Shown here: piece after piece, positions 1 through 10,985 of the stretch | How the letters are laid out: each line of letters opens with the position of its first letter | Position numbering within the stretch: the first letter of the stretch is position 1 | DNA from: Magallana gigas | Taxonomy: Eukaryota | Length of the DNA: 64,000 nt | NCBI RefSeq assembly: GCF_963853765.1 | Contig: NC_088862.1 | Location: forward strand, 16,430,001-16,494,000 | Reading direction: 5' to 3' | Notes under the pieces: model-generated | What the model saw: the letters and a program-made list of their open reading frames with translations, nothing else | Database searches by the model: none | Told to the model about the DNA's origin: nothing | Made by a program: the position numbers and the translations under genes

Positions 1-1607
1 ATTCTTAACCCCTATCGGTAGAGATTTTGAATGTGTGGAGTATATGGGAAAAAAATCCAATTAACTTGAAAAAGAATAACGTCATATAAGTGATGTTTAC
101 CTTAAACTCTTATTTGCCTTATGCTGTTGAAGTTTCAGCAGACCCAAAATAAATTTTAGCTGATCTAAAACTTTATAGTGTAGAAAAGAAGTAAAGAATG
201 TTAAAAACTTAGGAAAAAGGTTCACCAGGCTCACAGGCTTAAAGGAATAACTAAGAGAAACAACAGACAACGATGATAATCAAGATAGTTATATTGTACA
301 GCTTATTTAACTGATCATTTTTAAAAGGCTGTATATGTAAGCAAATACTATAGATATTCAGGGAAATTCGAAATAACACAGCCCTTTATAAAAGTAGGCT
401 ACGGTCAAAAGAACTGTAACCTTTATTTCATAAGGAATGGTTTTAGAAAATAGTTCGAAAAAAAGATGGAAGACAGTTTTATTTCTATTAAAACTAAGGT
501 AGGGTGACTTGCTGCGTTACTCAAATTAAATCAAACGCTGATGTTAATCGGGGTAAGATTTTCAATTCGATGTTATTCAAAGATCGACGTCAGAAATAAA
601 ACCAAGCAGTTTTTTGTTTGTAATATATATTTATATTTAAGTAATTATATGAAAAAAACGTGAAGAGAAACCAAACAGAAATGGTCAAAAATGCAAACAC
701 AGTTCATGCATAGAGAGTTTAAATCAATAATTGAAACACAAAGCCGTCAAAGATCAGTGTGACGTAATTTTGCTATTTCGAAATTGATGTTAAGTGTCAC
801 TGTTCTGCTTGATAACACAACCTTAACAATATTAACATACATAGTATAAATAACGCAGTCCGTGATTTTTCTTAGGTTGTTGAAAGTTTCTACCGATTAA
901 TAACCTGGTTAGAATTGGATGGTGGAAATTTTAGTCCTTTGGTTTAAAAGTTAATTTCCCTAAGAAATAGAGAGAATTATTTTTAGTGGAAGTAGATATA
1001 TTTGAAACATTTTTGTGGCGCCTTTTTTTGTTAAACCGAGTCCAGTATATTTCTAGTTGTCCTGAACCCCCACCCCCAATACCTGTAGCTTTCCAATAAA
1101 CTTTTAAAATGCTTCATCGTCTTGACAAGTGTTCCTTTATTCATTCAATATTTAGTTTTTTACGTACCCAAACGCAAATTTGTTCTGTTTTTGGCCTAAT
1201 GATTATCGTGATGGTGACTTGTTGTTAACTTTTTTTGAAAATGCTAAGGAAATGAAATGAAGCAGAACGATTGTTAAAAGTGTTCAAAAGCAATGAACAG
1301 ACAAAATGTTATAATCCTCTATCTACCCAGTTTGTCAAATATTGTACTGTTCTCGGCGCTAATGTGCCTCGGACTGTACAATATCTTATACAATACACAA
1401 ATATTCACAAATATCGGTTCATTTGGGCATTCAAAACAGTATAAGAATCAATGGATCACTCATTCTTCTTCATTGATTCCTTTGGATTAACCTTGATGAC
1501 TGCTTCTTTGTTAATCACTTTTGTCATTTTCGATAATCCTTTTGACATTCAAAAAAATGTTTCTTGATGTGTGCCTTTTTAAAAGAAATTTTCTATTTAT
1601 TTTGTTA

Positions 1608-2780
1608 TTAAATTGTTATTACTTGCCGAACTGCTACCCGGCATTTTTTCTTCTGAAAGAATCTCTTTGTCGTCACAATGTTAACATCGCAAAAGCAAAT
1701 AGTGCGTTCAATGTCCTGTGTAACAGGAATGGACGTCAAACCCACTAATTTTAGACGAAACTTGTCTTTGGAATACAGATCTCTGAGCATGGTATATTTT
1801 TTGTTGGCATCATGAAATTCGCGAACGTACTGATCATCTTTGGTCTCTTCTTTAAGATCGTTTAGCGATTTTCTGCATCTTTTCAGGTAAAAGATTTTGT
1901 CTTCAATAGATTCTGCATTTTCCTGCAGTTCTAATTTGCATACCTTGGTTTTCTCAGACAACTGATTTAGATATTCATTTCTTACTGTTTGAATGTGTTT
2001 CAAAACTTTCGTATACAACTCTTCCGCACTCGCAGATAAACTGTCAAACGTTTCATCAATATTTGAAACATTTTTCTCAAGTTCTTGTTTGATCGCTGTC
2101 AGTTCATTTTCTAAATCTACCATAGCCAAGGACAACTTATTGTGTTCCGTCTTACGAAATCGTTCAGCTGTTTCCCTGGCCGTTTCAATGTTGTCACATT
2201 TTCTATGCACAGTGCAAATACAAGATGTGCAACAAGGCAATGAATGGTCTCTGCAATAATACTTTATGATTTCATCTGCATGCTTATAACACGATTTTCT
2301 TGTTTCAATGACAATGGGAGACTTCTTTAATTCGTCCAATAACAAAACTTCATGATCTTTTGTGACAAGATTACGTTTGTGACATTTAGTACACACAATG
2401 CACAGTTTTTCTTTACATTTCAAACAAAACTGCGTTGCCTTTGCTTCTTCTCCATCTCTTTGACAGCTATCACAAAAACCTCCCTGCAAAGTTTCAGATA
2501 TCTTTCCGAGGGTGTCATTATTTGGAAAACCGTTCACCCAGTCGCTTATCTTTGCTGAAATGTTTTCAACCAGAATGAAATCCCGACACAGGGGACAAGA
2601 GAACCCAACAGGCGCTAGCTTTGATTGACATGAAAACTCGATGTGGTTCTTAAGACACTCGTGACTGAACGAATGGGAACACGGAAGCCATTTTGGCGAT
2701 TTAAAATCGTCGAAGCAAATGGTACATTTTGTGAAATCGTTACAATTTACATTTTCATTGTTTACCTTAGATGATGCCAT
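1608..2780 (-). CDS. Intronless TRIM-type protein (RING, B-box1, B-box2, coiled coil), 390 aa, with no recognisable C-terminal domain and one RING ligand Cys replaced by Ser
   Basis: RING CTIC...LPCSHSFSHEC...CPLC; B-box1 CDSC...FCLKCKEKLCIVC..CH..H; B-box2 CYKH...YCRDHSLPCCTSC..H..C; long helical/heptad-rich region follows. Same architecture as the ORF at 37245, but it ends where that one starts its propeller. Confidence 0.85.
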   Translation of the reverse strand: MASSKVNNENVNCNDFTKCTICFDDFKSPKWLPCSHSFSHECLKNHIEFSCQSKLAPVGFSCPLCRDFILVENISAKISDWVNGFPNNDTLGKISETLQGGFCDSCQRDGEEAKATQFCLKCKEKLCIVCTKCHKRNLVTKDHEVLLLDELKKSPIVIETRKSCYKHADEIIKYYCRDHSLPCCTSCICTVHRKCDNIETARETAERFRKTEHNKLSLAMVDLENELTAIKQELEKNVSNIDETFDSLSASAEELYTKVLKHIQTVRNEYLNQLSEKTKVCKLELQENAESIEDKIFYLKRCRKSLNDLKEETKDDQYVREFHDANKKYTMLRDLYSKDKFRLKLVGLTSIPVTQDIERTICFCDVNIVTTKRFFQKKKCRVAVRQVITI

Positions 2781-2829
2781 GGTGTCTGAATCAGGATTTA
2801 TATCCTTTTAACGTATAGTTTCAGAGAGC

Positions 2830-2839
2830 GGAAATTTCC
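2830..2839. promoter_or_regulatory. Palindromic Rel/NF-kB-like site GGAAATTTCC about 50 bp upstream of the TRIM start codon
   Basis: Exact 10-mer in the sequence; position is suggestive, but a 10-mer can occur by chance. Confidence 0.3.
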
Positions 2840-4610
2840 AATTCGAAATATCGAGCGAACGTCTGAATGCCAATAAATTCTACGAGTAAAGTTGGTGTTT
2901 TGCTAGTTAAACATAAAGCACGAGGTATCCGGGTGTTAAAATCAATAGACTTAAACACTACGTCTGCATCGATTATAAGGCAATCAATTTTTATCAGACC
3001 TTAAAAATTGAAAAGTGCAATATAATTTGAGATAGATAAACATATTCTACAACGCGTGATAATTGTTAAAGAAGTTAATAGACAGGGTGGGACTGAGAAA
3101 GCCAAAATTTAAATTCAAGCTATTTCCGCAAAGATGGGTCAACTTTGTTTTGCATTGCGCATGTCGTTGCCTATTCTTGTACTATAACATTGCAGAGTTT
3201 AAGAAAATGATAAAATAATGGGCGGTTAATACATTGCCGATAGAAAATTGTGGCTTTGAAAAGAAATAATTTGTTAATACTAGTAAACGACTTTCCTTGT
3301 TCAGCATTGAAGATAAATTTTCTACTTTAATTCAAGACACTAACTTTGGAGAAAAAAGAATATCCAATAAAATGAAAACCGCTATGGCTTCTAACATTTA
3401 TATTCGATATCATGCAATTGTTTAATATTTGAATACTGAGATGATCTGGTTAGAAATTAAAGCCCATAAAATGTTTATTTATCTTTCTTTTTGTTTTTCT
3501 GGAGTCCCTTGTGTTTTTTTTTAAATCATAGATTTAAGGACTTGCATGCTGATAAATCTTTGAAACGACTACATCTATTGGTTCTTACGGACAGTGGCCA
3601 AGTAATAACAAGAGACAAAAAATACATTGTCTTGTATATCGTTATATATTTACTGCTAAATTTGCTTCACCTGGCGTCATTGGTATGCATTTCCCTACAT
3701 ATTGTGAAAGAAAATCAAATGCTAGAATTTTCTCCAAGCGGTATGATGTTCTCCCAAAATATCCTTTCATCGAATTTTACTGCTCTTAAAGTATCATTTG
3801 TATTGTAAATAATTTAAAAAAAAAACCAAATCTTAGAAAATTATGAAACAGCAAAAAACATTGTAAAGTTGACCTTTTGCCATGAACTGTTTAAAAACAA
3901 AACTACATTGTATATGTATGTTGTAGCATGTTTATGATAGGTGATTTCAATAAAATAGGTCTTAAGGTCATTAAATTCCTAATGACATCAAAATACATAC
4001 ATTGATACAACTACACGTTTAAGTCAGTAAGTTCTTCAACTATTTTTTGTTGAATATGATTATCTAATGATAACACTCATAATTTATAGGATATTTTAGA
4101 TAGTGAAACATCATAATACCCAACTTCCAATTTTCCTAAAAAAAAATTGACAGAATAAAGTACTATGAGGTATACCATGAATAACTGAGGCATATTGAGC
4201 ATATTTTTTTATGCTACCTTAAATGCGTACTTTAAAATCAATATGAGGCTAAAATGAACCAAATGCAGGTGACTGTATCAAGTCAAATAAAAAAAAATCA
4301 CTTAAAGATTTTAAAAAGTTATCCGCTCTTGTTAAAAAAATGGAAAATTATTTGTCAACATACATACGGTAAGTTGCGAATTGTAAGACATTTTAAAAAG
4401 GGGGAAAGCTTATATAATTTTTTAGTAAAATATTTAAACAGATATATTAATATGTCTTAATATGTATTTAGTGAAACCTAAACAGATAATTTAGCCATTT
4501 TATATATAATAAAGTAGTGAGGGTGGTTAAAACAGCAGGGTTGCATAGATCAAGATAACACTAGCTAGCACAGATGGTTGGTGGTTTTTTTTTATACCCT
4601 ACACAGTTAA

Positions 4611-5843
4611 AGAGACAGTACAGTTGAAAATATATGTGTGAATAACTATTGTATTTTTAGGAAATGAGAAATAACGTTGATTGTAACAGTTAAAATATAT
4701 AAAAATCCCTTTCACATACATAATTAACGTAATTATGAGCTTCCGGAAATTTAAGGGTCGAACAAACCGAAATAATCTTATATCGTTTGTTTGTACCACG
4801 TGAACTTTGATTGACAGTAATTGACAGGTGCTGAAAACTACAAGATCTTCGTCCGACTACGGTCATCATGGTATACAAGGTTAAAGGGACTCTCTAAACG
4901 GAACACTTCCTCACTTACTCGATTGTTCATAAATGGTTTACCAATTTCGTTTCATTTTAAAATGAACAGACACAAATAACCCCTCAGGGGGGCTAATTAA
5001 CAAAAATGAATTTAAGTTTTAGCAACTCTATGATAAACTCGAAAAATACATGCTTACAAAATAATAATTGTGGATATTTTAAATACTTCGAACAATTATT
5101 ACCTTGGAGAAGTAGAAAAGAAATATTTTTATCAACAAACGTGTACAGGAGAATCTTCGCGAGCCATGCATGTGTTTTGTTTATAATAAATGCGCATGCG
5201 TAATAGTATAGAAGACTGACACCTTAACACGTTGCGATGTAAATATGTGATAGAATACTAAAGTATACGTAATTATTAATTTTAATGAAATAATTAGATT
5301 CATTTCATGGAGAACTTTGTAATTTTCTGAAAGTTTATACTTCATGAGTAGTACAGAAATACCTAACCCGATCGGAAAATTTTTTCAAGTCGGTTTTTGT
5401 GATCGGCTTCGGCCGATCACAGTTAGGTCCATATGAGGCATCCGGCAAATTTAACTATTTCCGCACGCATTTCGCCTTGCACTATTGTATTTACTATGCA
5501 ATGACAACCTTATTCAAATCTTTAATTAGACGTAGATTACTCAAACGGTAATCTTATCCGTTTACCATGAAAATAAAACATTTATAGAGTTACATAAATA
5601 GTGATTCAAATCACGTTTTTTTTCACATATGCGTAAGAATATTAGTCGGAAGTAGGCCTATAATTCGCCTACTAAAAGTAAAGCTTATTCATGCCTTGCT
5701 ATTTCGGAAATCAATAAAACGGTGCTATATATAGTTTACTGCATGTAGCGTATATTATATAAACATAGCTGACCAATGATATTTCATGCCGATCATTCCT
5801 TTAAAAGGAATACTTATTTGATTAGATGCGCCGTGCTGTCTCT
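4611..5843. mobile_element. Non-autonomous TTAA-targeting DNA transposon (Kolobok/T2-like), 1233 bp
   Basis: TIRs AGAGACAGTACAG and CCGTGCTGTCTCT; TTAA duplicated at 4607-4610 and 5844-5847; the paralogous unit has the empty site CAG-TTAA-ACCAACAAAG (TTAA at 14648-14651). Confidence 0.85.
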
Positions 5844-6251
5844 TTAAACCAACAAAGAGAGTCTATATGTCACACTGCTGTTACACTGTTGAAAGCAGTG
5901 TGATGAAATAGAAAAACCGTAGATTCTAACCCTGTTGAAAGTAAAGATTCTCAGGTCATTCATTTCTATTGACAGAAGGACGTAAAAATTATCTTAACTT
6001 TAAAAATCAATGGGGGAAGCTGTGCTGAGTAAGGCACCACAATTAATCAGCCATTGATTTGTTAAAATCAATGAATGATACAATCATCTCTTCCGTTTTT
6101 TTAAAGAGTGTATCTGTTGCTAGCAACAAGAAAATATCAAACAAAGATAATCTGCAACGGGACTTTCAATTATCCATTTAAAAAGCTAGGTGCAATTCTG
6201 GAAACTTTATTTATAGCTTCGTCTCTTACCTTGTCCTCCTGGGTTTAAAGC

Positions 6252-8054
6252 CAGGTAAGACGTTTTGTTTGAGTTCAGTTCAATTACATGCTTGTTTAAC
6301 ATATAATTACGATAATCGTCAAATAAAATTAGTTTTTTTAGTTAATGTCATACAGGTATATGTATCGGTTTGATTTTTATAATAATATTTACTCATGTAT
6401 TTACTCACGAAACTCAGGTATTCTAGACTACTTTATTACTCTAGTGCACGGCCCTTTTGAAATTCAAATAAAATATTTGTTTTGTTACGATGGCGCGTTT
6501 TAGCTAAAAACAAAGTGATATTCGTGGTAAGGTAGATCCAGCTATTAAGAAATTTGTGTCAAACAAAACTTTTAAAATAAAAATTGAACAGCAGAAAAAA
6601 TTATTAACTTACTTAAGAGGGCAAAATATTTACTTTTTTTACGAACTTCAGCTCACATGGTCCAATCATTCAACAGCCAAATTCTACCACAATGAAGCAT
6701 GGTCTCAAACATGTATTAAATCATGCACCAAAAACATCATGTTTGGTTATAATATAAGAAAATCCAATGATGGTCATAAAATGTAATATTCTTACTGATT
6801 TTCTAAAGAAAATATTGCAAGAGATATTGCATTTATTCTTCACACAAACTCCAGATGACACAAAATTTCAAAATTTTGAAAATTTTCCAAAGCTTGTAGA
6901 GTTTACAAATTATTTTTACTAACAATTATTTACAGCTATATATTTTCTTATCAAAAAGAGCTCCCATAGTTTATAAAATTTGACCAGCTACTGTTATGTG
7001 ATAGTGTCTTGCACATGTATACGCCCTATTGTTTGATTTAGTTTTACAAGTTTTTGTTTAAAAATATAAAACACAATTCTAATGTACCTAAAAAGACATA
7101 ATCTACTCTATATTCGCTAAAAAGCACAAACTCATTCAAACTGTATATTATGACTATGTAATATTTAAATTTTGATCTTAGCTGGTAAATCTGCAAAAAC
7201 AAGTGAAGTAGTACCCACTCAGCTTTTCCGGCAAGTAGTTTCGACACATCAATAGTTTTTCTCTCCTTCTGAAATAAATGAGTTATACATTTGTTCTGAA
7301 GCCACCGAACCATACATGTACAATATTTCAAATCAAATGCATGTCATTTAAAAATGATTAGTGATGTGCCCAAAACTATAACCGAAAAGTTAACATGCTG
7401 TAAAAAAAACCCACCGGATTCAAAAGCCACTGCAATAACCTTAAACACGTTTAAACCACGATGAAATAACCTTAAACACACTAAATAATGGCAAAATAAA
7501 ACAGGGTTTTGGTTTATGAAGGTTCATTGTACACGTACATGTAGCTAGTAAAGCAACTAATCAGATTTTACAGTAGAATAAACAATTTAAACAGTGTGAG
7601 AGAAAAATAAAGCCAGAAATAAGCTATGTATTTTTCACAAAAAAATGGGTTGTTAAAAAGGTATTTTTCTATATTTGTATGTATAAGGTTAATTTGCATA
7701 CATAACAACATGTAGAAAAGCCTATTTATTGCTTTTTCATCATTTGACATCAGTTTTGGCCAGTTTAGGACAAAACAAGCCAGTTCAAAAAATCTTAACA
7801 TTTTTATTGTCAAATGTACAAGATGGCCGAGCATCCCACTTAAATATTTCTGCTTTCTTCCAAGGATATTTTGGCGTTTCGCAGAGTACAGGAGTAAGCC
7901 TTACTTGAATTAAGTTTGCATGAAGTGTTTTCTATAGAAATACTTGTACATTAAGGTCAGTTTTTCAAATTTTTGCCAGATTAAACTTTCAAGAGAATAG
8001 TACCTTTTGTAAAGGAAATTCACAGATGGTTAATTCTATTTTTTCAGTACCAAT
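6252..8054 (+). other. Probable 5'-UTR intron of cGLR copy 1 (donor GT 6255, acceptor AG 8046-8047)
   Basis: CAG|GTAAGA donor, conserved in copy 2 at 15018/15019; TTTTTTCAG acceptor 7 nt before the ATG at 8055. Confidence 0.55.
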
Positions 8055-10417
8055 ATGGAAGGTAAATATCACAATTATTCAATTGATCGGTGTAATGCCA
8101 TGATGATGGAATTGATGAAAATTGAAAAACAGAGAATGGAAACTACGAACCAATATTTACCAATTACTATGTACAATGCCATTATGCTATTGATGCAAAA
8201 TGAAAAACAAATTCATTTGGAAACTTTATGTAACAAGTTTCCATTTTTTCTGTACAACGCAAAGATGCTATTATTGGAATATGAAAAACATTTTAAGATG
8301 GAAACTACTTGTAACAATTTTTCAATTACTTTGAACAATTCCATGACGATATTGATGGGAAAAGAAAAACACATGAAAATGAGACGAACTGAAATCGACA
8401 TCTATGACCAACTTTACAATGAGGCATGCAGGGGATATAAATGTCGTGTAAATACCGGGAGCAGAAAAGAAGGATTTATGAAATACTTTTTTAAGATTTA
8501 GATTTCTTCTTCTACCCGACAAGACACCGTGTTGTGTTGAGTTTAACAGAAATGCATAGTCATGACCCTCTCACTGAATCAGTCATTCTTGCGGAATTCC
8601 ATCCATCCATTCCTGGAACGTTTTATCTCTGTTTGAAGGAATCATTTTCAGAAAGTGGTGACATATATAACCAATTTAAGTTATTTCAAAAACATTTTCG
8701 CGGGAAAAAGTATATTCGGCACTATGGGATATTTCAAATTGACAAATCAAAGTTGTTCAACTGTGGTGCTGTTTTTGCAGATGGCTTTGCATGTGGGCAA
8801 TGGCCTCTGCAAACAGATGATTTCATGGCGAGATGTAGGAAATTTGAATGGCCTGCGAAAAATACTCTTGAAAACATGGTGTCCTCTGGCTGCTTCTTTG
8901 CACCGATTGGCAGCAGACAGTCACGCCATGACAATGACCCTAACAGTGATATAGAATGTTGTTTGTCGTTTGTACAAGCTGAACAGATATTAGTACGTGC
9001 AATGAATTACTGTCAGTTTCTTTGTTACGCGTTATTAAAAATGTTTCTTACCGATATTCTCAACAAAAACGTAAAAGAAGAAGAGAAACTTCTTTGTTCG
9101 TATTACATGACGACAGCAATGTTTTGGTGCATTCAAACAGATCCTGGGTATAAATGGTCAAAAGAAAACTTCTTTGAATGTTTCTGGAAATGTTACAAGT
9201 TGCTACTGACCTGGGTGTACGCAGGATATTGTCCGAACTTTTTTATTCCACAGAACAATCTGTTTGTGTGCAGAATTGTAGGATCTAATCAAGATAAACT
9301 TTTCACTGAAATGTACAAGCTCTACAATTTCTATCGTTCCAGAGAAAAGGTCTTGTCTATGTTCCCAATTTTAGAGCAGACAGTGGTATATGGTTCTAAC
9401 TCCCAATTGACAAAACTAATATTTAAACAAGTGCACTTCACGGATCGTCTCATTGCAGAAGCAATTGATGATATCAACAGCCTCCAGGGCCAAGACATCA
9501 TGTATTCTTGGAAATCATTATACTTGTACAAAATTTCACCCATAGATACCTCCAATATTAGGCAAATTTTAATTACAATGCATGTCTTTAATATTTTTCA
9601 TGACATAGCATTGTCTAGGCAAAGCTCATGTAGCTGCAAAACAAAGTGCAAAAATAACAGACAGATTTATAAAAAGCATAAAAAAGTAGGAATGAGCCTA
9701 CTAAAACATACATCAAAATATGGTCCTGCATCGGACCCTTTATATTTAGCATTACTTTGGTATATTGATGGAAATTATTCGCATTCACTTTATATTTTGG
9801 AAAAAACTAGTCGTAGACTTCATCAAAATCATGTCTTCTTTGCCGATAAAGATTATGTCGAGCAGCCTTATACAAGACAAATGCAAGGCAAAAGTATGTC
9901 TGTAAGAATAAATGAAGGTATGGCTTTTTGGATCTATGTTTATTCAAATTCAGCATTTTCTGAATTGAATATTGAAATTAGTTTGCTTAGGAAACAGGAA
10001 TTTCCGGCATGTATAGTCATATCTCCGTTTGTTTTTACGGAGTTCTTAATATTTTTGTGTCACCATAGACTAAAAAGTTCGAGGGCTAATCGTTCCATCC
10101 AAATGCAAACATTACATTCTTTCCTCAAAAGAGACAGTGACCGATATGTTGGACCCGTCATGGGTATCGCCTGGGACATTCTGGGAATATGTCATCACCT
10201 GTCAGGGAATCTAGGACAGGCTTTAAGCGCATATGAAGAGTCAATAAAGAACAGTCACAATGACAATTTAACTAAAGCTGTAGAGAAAAGAATTGCACAG
10301 ACAGTAAATGATATGCTTCTGATGCATGCGCTGATCTGGAGTTCGGGGTCCCGTTCTTCCCTAGTATTGTGTAATTCAAAACTTTCAAACACAATTTCCT
10401 TTTTAAAAATACCTTGA
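8055..10417 (+). pseudogene. cGAS-like receptor (Mab-21/NTase plus C-terminal TPR-like helices), copy 1; frameshift/stop at the catalytic motif (8487-8494), otherwise open
   Basis: TGSRKEGF motif in the frame of ORF 8055-8501; DLD and the rest of the protein in the frame of ORF 8534-10417. Mab-21 signatures FACGQWP, GCFFAPIG, CLSFVQAEQIL, QFLCYALLK, LCSYYMTTAMFW, GYCPNFFIPQNNLF; TPR-like AWDILGICHHLSGNLGQALSAYEES. Confidence 0.85.
8089..8390 (+). repeat. Coding tandem repeat, 81 bp / 27 aa, three full units plus a partial fourth
   Basis: Units start at 8089, 8170, 8251 and 8332; consensus about YNAxMLLMxNEKxxxxETxCNNFPFFL. Confidence 0.9.
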
Positions 10418-10484
10418 ACAACCCCTCCTGCAAACACCATTTTCCTTCCCCTTCGCCTTGAAAAAAATTCCAGATCGGGGCATA
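10322..10484. mobile_element. About 160-bp MITE-like repeat overlapping the cGLR copy 1 C-terminus; an orthologous copy lies at about 20037-20203
   Basis: Imperfect terminal inverted repeats CATGCGCTGATCTGGA ... TCCAGATCGGGGCATA; same position in both duplicated units. Confidence 0.5.
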
Positions 10485-10624
10485 TTGTAATAAACGAAAA
10501 AGAGGGTTCAGAGTTTGGAGTTGGTTTTGAGTTAGTTGTAGAACAATTAAATCTAAAAACATGTTTCGAATGTGATAGTTTCTACTTCTGTCAATTTCGA
10601 TTATATTCCTGTTGTAATAAACGA

Positions 10625-10985
10625 TTTTATTATACTTTTATGTTAAATACTGAAATCTGATTGGTTTAGACGCAGTTGATAATCCGTTCTATTACCCTAA
10701 GCTTTAGCAACACACTTAGCAACGGGTAACACAACGAATTGTTACATGCGCGTAAACTATGCGCGTACGGTTCGCCAAAGAATTCACGTCATTCATATAC
10801 AAAAGGAGAAAAGTTTTCTTTAAAATTAAGAAATTCAGTATAATAAAAAAATAGTGTCTGTTTAGGAGGGTAAGAGTTGAAATTGACACCCCTCGAAAAC
10901 CATTGTAAACTTCCGCTTTGCGTCGGCTGACAATGGTTTCCTCGGGGTGTCAATTTTAACCTCCCAAACAGGCACTATTTATATA
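10625..10985. mobile_element. Non-autonomous element ending in a long hairpin (10849-10980), specific to unit 1
   Basis: Imperfect arms of about 60 bp, AAATAGTGTCTGTTTAGGAGGG...ACCATTGT and ACAATGGT...CCTCCCAAACAGGCACTATTT; this block is missing from the aligned position in unit 2 (about 20340-20360). Confidence 0.7.

Noticed and set aside
1-1607. Frameshifted NHL propeller continuing the left TRIM
   Set aside because: Hand translation of the minus-strand frames showed no convincing NHL motifs; a profile search would be needed.
8484-8501. Programmed -1 ribosomal frameshift at TTTTTTA joining the two copy 1 ORFs
   Set aside because: The heptamer is out of phase for X XXY YYZ, and the -1 frame hits TAA (8492-8494) immediately.
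8655-9555. Short overlapping or antisense ORFs inside cGLR, TRIM, LINE, NIT-GC and ZC3H10 coding regions
   Set aside because: Shadow ORFs; similarity between the two cGLR antisense ORFs is explained by the duplication.
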